Shown piece by piece: positions 16,340 through 30,434 of a stretch of DNA of 32,000 bases (within the stretch, counting starts at the first letter, position 1; each line of letters begins with the position of its first letter). The translations under genes and the position numbers were made by a program. Source of the DNA: Escherichia coli (GTDB taxonomy: Bacteria; Pseudomonadota; Gammaproteobacteria; Enterobacterales; Enterobacteriaceae); the NCBI RefSeq assembly GCF_041879505.1, contig NZ_CP169003.1; one strand, 5' to 3'. A model generated the notes under the pieces. That model saw nothing but the letters and a program-made list of their open reading frames with translations. It was not told the DNA's origin and did not search any database.

Positions 16340-17569
16340 TTATTTTCTTCTGGCTACTGGTAGCGTGGTTACGTTTTCATGTGTTCCCGCCAGTATCCCT
16401 AACCGCTCCATCCACATATCCAGCGCATTGCGTTTAGCATCCAGATAACGGGAATGATTATAAACTCGCTGCATTCCTGGCATCTGGTGGCCTGTAAGCT
16501 GCTCCACGACATGCGGATCAACGCCTAAATCGTTCAGCATGGTTGTAAAGGTGCGCCGGATGTCATGCAGTGACCAGTGAGGGTGATTAAGCCTCCTGTG
16601 CGCTAATCTTCCATACTGCGATACGCTGGCCTCCTGTTTCACTGCCCCCAGCAATAAGCCCGTGTGCCTGTTCTGCTCCACCAGCTGCGTGACGAACGGC
16701 AGGATCGCTTCCGGTATGGGCCGGAATATTGCGACCTTCGTTTTGCTGTGCTCCTTCGGAACGGTCCATAGCATTTCCGTAAAATCCCACTCCCCGATCT
16801 CCGATAACCTCAGTTCTACCGTTCTGGCTCCGAAGACAATCAGGAGGCGGATTAACGCGACGTAGTAAGGGGAAAATATTTTTTTATCCAGCGCCTGCAA
16901 TAACTCGCCCAGTTCTTTGGTGCTTAAGACACGTTCGCTTATATCCGGTTTTTTCCCAACGTCCGCCACGTTCAGATCGTCCAGAACGTTGCTGATTGCA
17001 TAGCGCCGCCTACGGCAGAACTTAAGCGCCTGTTTGCACGCCTGTAGCACGAATCCGGCAGTAACAGGCGTTCGCTTTGCCACCTGGTCAAAACAGGCCA
17101 GCCAGTGCCGTAGCTCGCATTTATCCAGCGGCATAGCACCAATCTGCTGTATTACGTGATTATTAAGTCGCCTTTTCAGGGCGATATAATCCACGCGGTT
17201 TTCCTTTACGTAATACTCAAGCCAGTAGGTGAGCGCATCGCCAACCGTTACGGGCTTTAACGCTTCCTGTACGGTGTAATTCATCTCATGACGTGGATTT
17301 TTCCCCTCAGCCAGCCATGTGCGACACTGTGCGGCTTTTTCCCTGGCTGCTTTCAGGCTCAGATCAGGATAACTTCCCAGCTTAATGCGTTCGGGTCGTG
17401 TCTCCCTTCCCGTTCCGGCCCTGTATGTGAAATACCAGGTCAATTTCCCTGATGTTAAATATTTCACGCTCAGGTTTCCGCCATCACTATAAAACGTGTT
17501 TTTCTCCGCTGGCTTACCATGAAGTTTCCTTAGCAAGGTATCGCTCAGTTTGTTCATTGCTCTGCTCAC
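16340..17569 (-). CDS. int: Tyrosine integrase (P4-like site-specific recombinase)
   Basis: 409 aa; LIVFGARTVELRL, HWSLHDIRRTFTT, VVEQLTGHQMPGMQRVYNH catalytic boxes. Confidence 0.96.
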   Translation of the reverse strand: MSRAMNKLSDTLLRKLHGKPAEKNTFYSDGGNLSVKYLTSGKLTWYFTYRAGTGRETRPERIKLGSYPDLSLKAAREKAAQCRTWLAEGKNPRHEMNYTVQEALKPVTVGDALTYWLEYYVKENRVDYIALKRRLNNHVIQQIGAMPLDKCELRHWLACFDQVAKRTPVTAGFVLQACKQALKFCRRRRYAISNVLDDLNVADVGKKPDISERVLSTKELGELLQALDKKIFSPYYVALIRLLIVFGARTVELRLSEIGEWDFTEMLWTVPKEHSKTKVAIFRPIPEAILPFVTQLVEQNRHTGLLLGAVKQEASVSQYGRLAHRRLNHPHWSLHDIRRTFTTMLNDLGVDPHVVEQLTGHQMPGMQRVYNHSRYLDAKRNALDMWMERLGILAGTHENVTTLPVARRK

Positions 17570-17594
17570 GTTTTACCCCCTCTTTACGAAAAAG

Positions 17595-17617
17595 TGACTA
17601 CACCAGTGACTACACCG
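17595..17617 (+). repeat. Right copy of the 23-bp terminal repeat TGACTACACCAGTGACTACACCG
   Basis: Identical to 2950..2972. Confidence 0.85.
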
Positions 17618-17625
17618 ATCGTTGC

Positions 17626-17659
17626 ACAAAGGGCTACAACGTGAAACAAGCTGGAACAA
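17626..17659 (-). repeat. Phased array, 4 x ACAA at 10-bp spacing (starts 17626, 17636, 17646, 17656), upstream of int
   Basis: gcACAAagggctACAAcgtgaaACAAgctggaACAAgg. Confidence 0.75.
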
Positions 17660-17744
17660 GGAAAATCACAAATCTGTTGATAATCAAAAACATAATGCAC
17701 AGCCTGAAACATTATGAAACAGCAAAAAACACTAAATGATAAAA

Positions 17745-17753
17745 TGCTGTTAT
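17745..17753 (+). repeat. Right attachment core TGCTGTTAT
   Basis: Identical to 2867..2875 at the tqsA junction. Confidence 0.9.
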
Positions 17754-18651
17754 TCTTAACCCGCTGGTGCAACACATGGTCCGCTGGCGAGTGCCGCGTG
17801 TACTGGCGGTGTCGATTTTGATGACCATCATCGTGATGGCGATGGTGTTGCTATTAGCTTATCTGGGTTCCGCGCTCAACGAGTTGACGCGGACGTTACC
17901 GCAATATCGCAACTCTATTATGACGCCGCTGCAAGCTCTTGAGCCGTTGTTGCAACGCGTAGGGATTGACGTCTCAGTTGACCAGCTGGCGCATTACATT
18001 GATCCGAACGCGGCGATGACGTTGCTCACCAACTTATTGACGCAGTTATCTAATGCCATGTCATCAATATTTTTATTGCTGCTGACGGTGCTGTTTATGC
18101 TGCTCGAAGTGCCACAATTGCCCGGAAAATTTCAGCAAATGATGGCGCGTCCGGTTGAAGGGATGGCGGCGATTCAACGTGCAATTGACAGTGTTTCTCA
18201 TTATCTGGTGCTGAAAACAGCCATCAGCATCATCACCGGCCTGGTCGCCTGGGCGATGCTCGCCGCACTCGATGTTCGCTTCGCTTTTGTCTGGGGATTG
18301 CTGGCCTTTGCGCTTAATTACATCCCTAATATTGGTTCAGTTCTCGCGGCAATCCCCCCTATCGCTCAGGTACTGGTGTTTAATGGCTTCTACGAAGCGT
18401 TGCTGGTGCTGGCGGGATATCTGCTGATTAATCTGGTCTTCGGCAATATTCTGGAGCCGCGCATCATGGGACGTGGGCTGGGGCTTTCCACATTGGTGGT
18501 ATTTTTGTCGTTGATTTTTTGGGGATGGTTGTTAGGACCGGTGGGTATGCTGCTTTCCGTGCCGTTAACAATTATTGTCAAAATTGCGCTTGAACAAACA
18601 GCGGGAGGTCAAAGCATCGCCGTTCTGTTAAGCGATCTCAATAAAGAGTGA
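17754..18651 (+). pseudogene. tqsA: 3' remainder of tqsA (AI-2 exporter), detached from its start and promoter
   Basis: Frame continues [13 protein letters not shown]... to ...LLSDLNKE; 294 aa from the GTG at 17767 plus 50 missing residues gives 344 aa. Confidence 0.95.
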
Positions 18652-18675
18652 CGGCCTCCGCAGAGGCCGTCAGGG

Positions 18676-20067
<1,392 letters not shown>

Positions 20068-20074
20068 TTACCCC

Positions 20075-21670
<1,596 letters not shown>

Positions 21671-22130
21671 TCATGTACGAGCTAAATGTTACTCCGTTAA
21701 AATAAATTAGTAACAAACGCCCTATAACGTACTGAAAATTATGCCTGTGATCTAGCGCCAAAAATCAGTATTTCGGCGTGAACTCGCAAAATATTAACGA
21801 TTCAGCCGTGATAGTGGGATAAACACCTTAGAACGCCGGATAAAGACTGATAATTGTCTTCGACGGTCGGGTAAAACGAGACATCGCCCCGGCACGAATC
21901 ACTACTTAACATTAAATTAACTTATACAATTCAGTTGCTTCAGTAGTAATGATGCTGATACGGCTGTTTTTTAAGCATAGACGGTCATTTGAGCAGGATT
22001 AAAATTGGCTTAAGGAATGTGATATGAAAAATGACGCAGACAGTTACACCGTTTAAATGCAATAATCAGCCACGTTTCTCGTTAATAACAATACCAGTAC
22101 CTGGTTTGCGCAAGGCGAAGGATTATTTTT

Positions 22131-23075
22131 ATGAAGCTTAAGAACACCCTCCTGGCGTCGGCACTGCTTTCTGCTACGGCATTCTCCGTTAACGCAGCAA
22201 CAGAACTGACACCGGAGCAAGCGGCAGCGGTTAAACCTTTTGACCGTGTAGTGGTTACCGGTCGTTTTAATGCTATTGGCGAAGCGGTGAAAGCCGTTTC
22301 TCGTCGCGCAGATAAAGAAGGTGCCGCCTCTTTTTATGTTGTCGACACTTCTGATTTTGGTAACAGCGGTAACTGGCGTGTGGTCGCTGACCTCTATAAA
22401 GCCGATGCTGAAAAAGCAGAAGAAACAAGTAATCGCGTAATTAACGGTGTTGTCGAACTGCCGAAAGATCAGGCTGTTCTGATTGAACCGTTTGACACGG
22501 TCACCGTCCAGGGCTTCTATCGTAGCCAGCCAGAAGTCAATGATGCCATCACCAAAGCAGCAAAAGCGAAAGGTGCCTACTCTTTCTACATTGTTCGTCA
22601 AATCGATGCCAACCAGGGCGGCAACCAGCGTATTACTGCATTCATCTATAAAAAAGATGCTAAGAAACGTATCGTCCAGAGCCCGGATGTGATCCCGGCA
22701 GATTCCGAAGCAGGACGTGCAGCTCTGGCTGCCGGTGGCGAAGCCGCGAAGAAAGTTGAGATCCCAGGTGTTGCGACTACCGCATCACCAAGTTCTGAAG
22801 TCGGTCGTTTCTTTGAAACCCAGTCATCAAAAGGCGGACGTTACACTGTCACGCTTCCTGACGGCACTAAAGTCGAAGAACTGAACAAAGCGACAGCAGC
22901 GATGATGGTCCCGTTCGACAGCATCAAATTCTCTGGCAACTACGGCAACATGACCGAAGTCTCCTATCAGGTTGCGAAACGTGCCGCGAAGAAAGGTGCT
23001 AAGTATTACCACATCACCCGCCAGTGGCAGGAACGTGGTAATAACCTGACCGTCAGCGCAGATCTGTATAAATAA
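22131..23075 (+). CDS. ydgH: YdgH/BhsA-McbA-like (DUF1471) periplasmic protein
   Basis: 314 aa with repeated DUF1471-like domains, signal peptide. Confidence 0.95.
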   Translation: MKLKNTLLASALLSATAFSVNAATELTPEQAAAVKPFDRVVVTGRFNAIGEAVKAVSRRADKEGAASFYVVDTSDFGNSGNWRVVADLYKADAEKAEETSNRVINGVVELPKDQAVLIEPFDTVTVQGFYRSQPEVNDAITKAAKAKGAYSFYIVRQIDANQGGNQRITAFIYKKDAKKRIVQSPDVIPADSEAGRAALAAGGEAAKKVEIPGVATTASPSSEVGRFFETQSSKGGRYTVTLPDGTKVEELNKATAAMMVPFDSIKFSGNYGNMTEVSYQVAKRAAKKGAKYYHITRQWQERGNNLTVSADLYK

Positions 23076-23260
23076 CTATTCAGTTACTCCTATAAGGCGG
23101 CTTGATGCCGCCTTTCGCATTTTTAGTCACAAATTTCCCCGCGACCATTGCATGCAGACACATCTCTTCGTAAAATCCCGCGCTTCAGTGGCAAACTCCA
23201 TTTTTATGCGTTTTGCCCTAATATTTATTCTTCTTATCACGTTTTAATCACTGGATATCG

Positions 23261-24643
23261 ATGGAAAAGAAACTGGGACTGAGCGCACTCACCGCGCTGG
23301 TATTAAGCTCAATGCTGGGCGCGGGTGTTTTCAGTCTGCCGCAAAATATGGCGGCAGTTGCCAGCCCGGCAGCACTGCTCATCGGCTGGGGTATTACTGG
23401 CGCTGGCATTTTATTGCTGGCCTTTGCCATGCTGATCCTCACGCGCATTCGTCCCGAACTTGACGGCGGTATCTTTACCTATGCCCGCGAAGGGTTTGGC
23501 GAGCTAATCGGCTTTTGTTCCGCATGGGGATACTGGCTGTGCGCAGTCATCGCCAACGTCTCCTATCTGGTGATCGTTTTTTCCGCGTTAAGCTTTTTTA
23601 CGGACACGCCGGAATTGCGCCTGTTCGGCGATGGTAATACCTGGCAATCGATAGTCGGTGCATCGGCTTTATTGTGGATTGTTCACTTTTTGATCCTGCG
23701 CGGGGTGCAAACCGCTGCCAGCATTAACCTGGTGGCGACACTGGCAAAATTGTTGCCGCTGGGTCTGTTTGTTGTGCTGGCGATGATGATGTTCAAACTG
23801 GATACCTTCAAGCTCGACTTCACCGGACTTGCACTTGGCGTACCCGTGTGGGAACAGGTGAAAAACACCATGCTGATCACCCTGTGGGTTTTCATTGGTG
23901 TGGAAGGTGCCGTGGTTGTTTCTGCGCGTGCGCGTAATAAACGTGATGTTGGCAAAGCGACACTGCTGGCGGTTCTCTCCGCTCTGGGCGTTTACTTGCT
24001 GGTAACGCTGCTTTCGCTGGGCGTGGTGGCACGTCCTGAACTGGCTGAAATTCGTAACCCGTCAATGGCCGGTCTGATGGTGGAAATGATGGGACCATGG
24101 GGCGAAATCATCATCGCTGCCGGTTTGATCGTTTCCGTTTGCGGCGCGTACTTAAGCTGGACCATCATGGCGGCAGAAGTTCCGTTCCTGGCTGCCACTC
24201 ATAAAGCATTCCCACGCATTTTTGCGCGCCAGAACGCACAAGCTGCGCCATCCGCCTCGCTGTGGTTGACCAACATCTGCGTGCAAATTTGTCTGGTACT
24301 CATCTGGCTGACCGGTTCCGATTACAACACGTTGCTGACCATCGCCTCAGAAATGATTCTGGTGCCCTATTTCCTGGTCGGCGCGTTCTTGCTGAAAATC
24401 GCAACCCGTCCACTGCATAAAGCGGTAGGTGTCGGTGCCTGCATTTATGGCTTATGGTTATTGTATGCCTCTGGTCCAATGCACTTGCTGTTATCCGTTG
24501 TTCTGTATGCGCCGGGGCTGCTGGTTTTCCTGTATGCGCGCAAAACGCATACACATGATAATGTACTGAACCGTCAGGAAATGGTGCTGATTGGCATGCT
24601 GTTAATTGCCTCAGTTCCGGCGACCTGGATGCTGGTGGGATAA
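23261..24643 (+). CDS. ydgI: APC-family amino-acid transporter YdgI (basic amino acid/ornithine-type antiporter family)
   Basis: 460 aa, LGLSALTALVLSSMLGAGVFSLPQNMA. Confidence 0.93.
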   Translation: MEKKLGLSALTALVLSSMLGAGVFSLPQNMAAVASPAALLIGWGITGAGILLLAFAMLILTRIRPELDGGIFTYAREGFGELIGFCSAWGYWLCAVIANVSYLVIVFSALSFFTDTPELRLFGDGNTWQSIVGASALLWIVHFLILRGVQTAASINLVATLAKLLPLGLFVVLAMMMFKLDTFKLDFTGLALGVPVWEQVKNTMLITLWVFIGVEGAVVVSARARNKRDVGKATLLAVLSALGVYLLVTLLSLGVVARPELAEIRNPSMAGLMVEMMGPWGEIIIAAGLIVSVCGAYLSWTIMAAEVPFLAATHKAFPRIFARQNAQAAPSASLWLTNICVQICLVLIWLTGSDYNTLLTIASEMILVPYFLVGAFLLKIATRPLHKAVGVGACIYGLWLLYASGPMHLLLSVVLYAPGLLVFLYARKTHTHDNVLNRQEMVLIGMLLIASVPATWMLVG

Positions 24644-24679
24644 CGTTCATACCATCGTTGGATAGCAAAGGAGATAACG

Positions 24680-25402
24680 ATGGGTAAAGCCCAGCCCTTG
24701 CCAATATTAATTACTGGCGGAGGTCGTCGCATCGGCCTCGCCCTCGCCTGGCATTTCATTAATCAAAAGCAACCGGTGATTGTCAGCTATCGGACGCACT
24801 ATCCAGCCATTGATGGACTGATTAAGGCAGGTGCGCAGTGTATTCAGGCTGATTTTTCGACCAACGACGGTGTGATGGCGTTTGCCGATGAAGTACTAAA
24901 AAGCACCCATGGTCTGCGTGCTATTTTGCATAACGCCAGTGCGTGGATGGCGGAAAAACCAGGTACACCACTGGCCGACGTACTGGCTTGCATGATGCAG
25001 ATCCACGTTAATACCCCATACCTGCTCAACCATGCGCTGGAAAGATTACTGCGTGGGCACGGACACGCCGCCAGCGATATCATTCACTTTACCGATTATG
25101 TGGTGGAGCGCGGTAGCGACAAACATGTTGCGTATGCTGCAAGCAAAGCGGCACTGGATAATATGACCCGCTCGTTTGCCCGCAAGCTGGCACCGGAAGT
25201 GAAAGTGAATTCTATTGCGCCATCGCTGATCCTGTTTAATGAACATGATGATGCCGAATATCGACAACAGGCGCTGAATAAATCACTGATGAAAACCGCG
25301 CCTGGCGAGAAAGAAGTGATCGACCTGGTCGATTACTTACTTACCAGCTGCTTTGTCACCGGACGCAGTTTCCCACTTGATGGCGGTCGTCATCTGCGTT
25401 AA
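24680..25402 (+). CDS. folM: Dihydromonapterin reductase FolM
   Basis: 240-aa SDR: ITGGGRRIGLALA, YAASKAALD. Confidence 0.95.
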   Translation: MGKAQPLPILITGGGRRIGLALAWHFINQKQPVIVSYRTHYPAIDGLIKAGAQCIQADFSTNDGVMAFADEVLKSTHGLRAILHNASAWMAEKPGTPLADVLACMMQIHVNTPYLLNHALERLLRGHGHAASDIIHFTDYVVERGSDKHVAYAASKAALDNMTRSFARKLAPEVKVNSIAPSLILFNEHDDAEYRQQALNKSLMKTAPGEKEVIDLVDYLLTSCFVTGRSFPLDGGRHLR

Positions 25403-25734
25403 TGCAGCTTTATCCAGCATATAATCAACACCCATGCGCTTATCCCCCAACACGCAACAGAACCAACAAAAGCGGCGGGCAAGCGCATCATTCCGGTGAA
25501 ATACCACAGCGACACCAGGTAAACAAAATAGGGAATAATCGACCACATACTAAAAATGATGGTTGCGCGTAAGGCTTCAATGCCGCGTTCGCTGGCAACA
25601 ATATAATGCGCGATAAGCGCAAAGGTCGGGAAAAGTGGAATCAGCCCGGCGATATAATAATTTTTCGTTTTTGCTAAAACACCAATCAACAGCACTACCA
25701 GCGCACCGAGCGCGGCTTTGATTACCAGCCCCAT
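25399..25734 (-). CDS. ydgC: GlpM-like inner membrane protein YdgC
   Basis: 111 aa, synteny. Confidence 0.92.
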   Translation of the reverse strand: MGLVIKAALGALVVLLIGVLAKTKNYYIAGLIPLFPTFALIAHYIVASERGIEALRATIIFSMWSIIPYFVYLVSLWYFTGMMRLPAAFVGSVACWGISAWVLIICWIKLH

Positions 25735-25862
25735 CTTTTTACCTTAACACTTCCATAACAAGTCATCAGTAGAATACCTGATGAAAACTTGTTTAGAAAC
25801 GATTGATAGTAAGTAAAAACAGCGCGGTGTATTGTGACGTTTTTATATCTACCGTGAATGTT

Positions 25863-26582
25863 ATGAACACTATCGTATTTGTGGAAGATGATGCGGAAGT
25901 CGGTTCACTGATTGCCGCGTACCTGGCAAAACATGATATGCAGGTTACCGTAGAACCGCGCGGCGACCAGGCCGAAGAAACCATTTTGCGAGAAAGTCCG
26001 GATTTGGTGTTACTCGACATCATGCTACCAGGCAAGGACGGCATGACCATTTGTCGTGATTTACGCGCAAAGTGGTCTGGACCGATTGTTCTTCTAACCT
26101 CTCTCGATAGCGATATGAACCACATCCTGGCACTGGAAATGGGTGCCTGCGACTATATTCTCAAAACGACGCCCCCTGCTGTTTTGCTAGCGCGTTTACG
26201 TTTGCATTTGCGTCAGAATGAGCAAGCCACACTGACCAAAGGTCTTCAGGAAACGTCTCTGACTCCCTACAAAGCCCTGCATTTCGGCACGTTGACCATC
26301 GATCCCATCAACCGCGTAGTCACCCTGGCTAACACTGAAATCTCGCTCTCGACAGCTGATTTCGAATTATTGTGGGAATTAGCTACCCATGCCGGGCAAA
26401 TCATGGACCGCGATGCATTGCTGAAAAATTTACGCGGCGTCAGTTATGACGGACTGGATCGTAGCGTGGACGTGGCTATTTCGCGGTTAAGAAAAAAACT
26501 GCTCGATAACGCCGCAGAACCTTATCGCATTAAAACTGTGCGTAACAAAGGCTATCTTTTTGCGCCTCATGCATGGGAATAA
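25863..26582 (+). CDS. rstA: Response regulator RstA (start at MNTIVFVEDD)
   Basis: 239-aa OmpR family. Confidence 0.97.
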   Translation: MNTIVFVEDDAEVGSLIAAYLAKHDMQVTVEPRGDQAEETILRESPDLVLLDIMLPGKDGMTICRDLRAKWSGPIVLLTSLDSDMNHILALEMGACDYILKTTPPAVLLARLRLHLRQNEQATLTKGLQETSLTPYKALHFGTLTIDPINRVVTLANTEISLSTADFELLWELATHAGQIMDRDALLKNLRGVSYDGLDRSVDVAISRLRKKLLDNAAEPYRIKTVRNKGYLFAPHAWE

Positions 26583-26585
26583 GCG

Positions 26586-27887
26586 ATGAAAAAACTGTTT
26601 ATCCAGTTTTACCTGTTATTGTTTGTCTGCTTCCTTGTGATGTCTCTGCTGGTTGGGTTGGTGTACAAATTTACCGCCGAACGCGCGGGCAAACAGTCGC
26701 TGGATGATTTGATGAACAGTTCGCTGTATCTGATGCGCAGCGAATTGCGTGAGATCCCCCCACACGACTGGGGTAAGACGCTGAAAGAGATGGATTTAAA
26801 TCTCTCTTTCGATCTGCGTGTCGAGCCACTGAGTAAATACCATCTTGATGATATTTCCATGCACCGACTGCGTGGCGGCGAAATTGTCGCCCTGGACGAT
26901 CAGTACACGTTTTTGCAGCGTATCCCGCGCAGCCACTACGTGCTGGCAGTTGGTCCTGTTCCTTATCTTTATTATCTCCATCAGATGCGATTGCTGGATA
27001 TCGCCCTGATCGCTTTTATTGCTATTTCCCTCGCCTTTCCGGTGTTTATCTGGATGCGTCCGCACTGGCAGGATATGTTAAAACTGGAAGCAGCGGCGCA
27101 ACGATTTGGCGATGGGCATCTCAATGAGCGTATCCACTTTGATGAGGGTTCGAGCTTTGAACGACTTGGTATCGCATTTAACCAGATGGCGGACAATATC
27201 AACGCCTTGATTGCCAGCAAAAAACAGCTTATTGACGGTATCGCTCACGAACTGCGAACACCGTTAGTGCGCCTGCGTTATCGACTGGAGATGAGCGATA
27301 ACCTGAGCGCCGCCGAATCCCAGGCGTTGAATCGTGATATCAGTCAACTTGAAGCTTTAATTGAAGAGCTGCTGACTTATGCCCGACTCGATCGCCCACA
27401 AAACGAGCTTCATCTTAGCGAACCAGACCTGCCGTTGTGGCTGTCAACGCATCTGGCAGATATTCAGGCAGTAACGCCCGATAAAACGGTACGGATAAAA
27501 ACGCTCGTGCAAGGCCATTATGCGGCGTTGGATATGCGCTTAATGGAGCGCGTGCTGGATAATTTGCTCAATAACGCCCTGCGGTACTGCCATTCAACGG
27601 TTGAAACCAGCCTGCTACTGTCGGGGAATAGAGCGACATTAATTGTTGAGGATGATGGCCCAGGGATTGCCCCAGAAAACCGCGAACATATCTTTGAACC
27701 TTTTGTTCGCCTCGATCCCAGCCGGGATCGCTCAACCGGCGGCTGCGGGCTGGGGCTGGCAATTGTCCACTCTATAGCACTGGCAATGGGCGGTACGGTT
27801 AATTGTGACACCAGCGAACTGGGTGGTGCTCGCTTCTCGTTTAGCTGGCCGTTATGGCATAACATCCCGCAATTTACCTCTGCCTGA
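26586..27887 (+). CDS. rstB: Sensor histidine kinase RstB
   Basis: 433 aa, GIAHELRTPLVRLRYRL H-box. Confidence 0.97.
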   Translation: MKKLFIQFYLLLFVCFLVMSLLVGLVYKFTAERAGKQSLDDLMNSSLYLMRSELREIPPHDWGKTLKEMDLNLSFDLRVEPLSKYHLDDISMHRLRGGEIVALDDQYTFLQRIPRSHYVLAVGPVPYLYYLHQMRLLDIALIAFIAISLAFPVFIWMRPHWQDMLKLEAAAQRFGDGHLNERIHFDEGSSFERLGIAFNQMADNINALIASKKQLIDGIAHELRTPLVRLRYRLEMSDNLSAAESQALNRDISQLEALIEELLTYARLDRPQNELHLSEPDLPLWLSTHLADIQAVTPDKTVRIKTLVQGHYAALDMRLMERVLDNLLNNALRYCHSTVETSLLLSGNRATLIVEDDGPGIAPENREHIFEPFVRLDPSRDRSTGGCGLGLAIVHSIALAMGGTVNCDTSELGGARFSFSWPLWHNIPQFTSA

Positions 27888-27929
27888 CACTACGCGCACG
27901 ATGGTCAAGTCACCACGACTGTGCTATAA

Positions 27930-30292
<2,363 letters not shown>

Positions 30293-30434
30293 GGCCTGCT
30301 CCTCACCTGTTTAATTTTTTCTTTCTGTTTTGCTTTCGTTAAGCAACTTTTAGCTCACTTATTATTTACTATTTGATAACAAATGTTTGGTCTTTCGTGC
30401 CATGTAAAAAAACCGCCCCGAAGGGCGGCTCTGT

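Larger units (their letters stand above)
2867..17753. mobile_element. Capsid-forming phage satellite (cf-PICI-like), about 14.9 kb, integrated in tqsA
   Basis: 9-bp direct repeat at both tqsA junctions, integrase next to the right end, AlpA, P4-type primase, complete HK97-type head/packaging module and no tail or lysis genes. Confidence 0.9.

Noticed and set aside
2867-17753. Complete HK97-like prophage
   Set aside because: Too small, and without tail, lysis or typical lambdoid control genes; the P4-like primase and AlpA fit a satellite.
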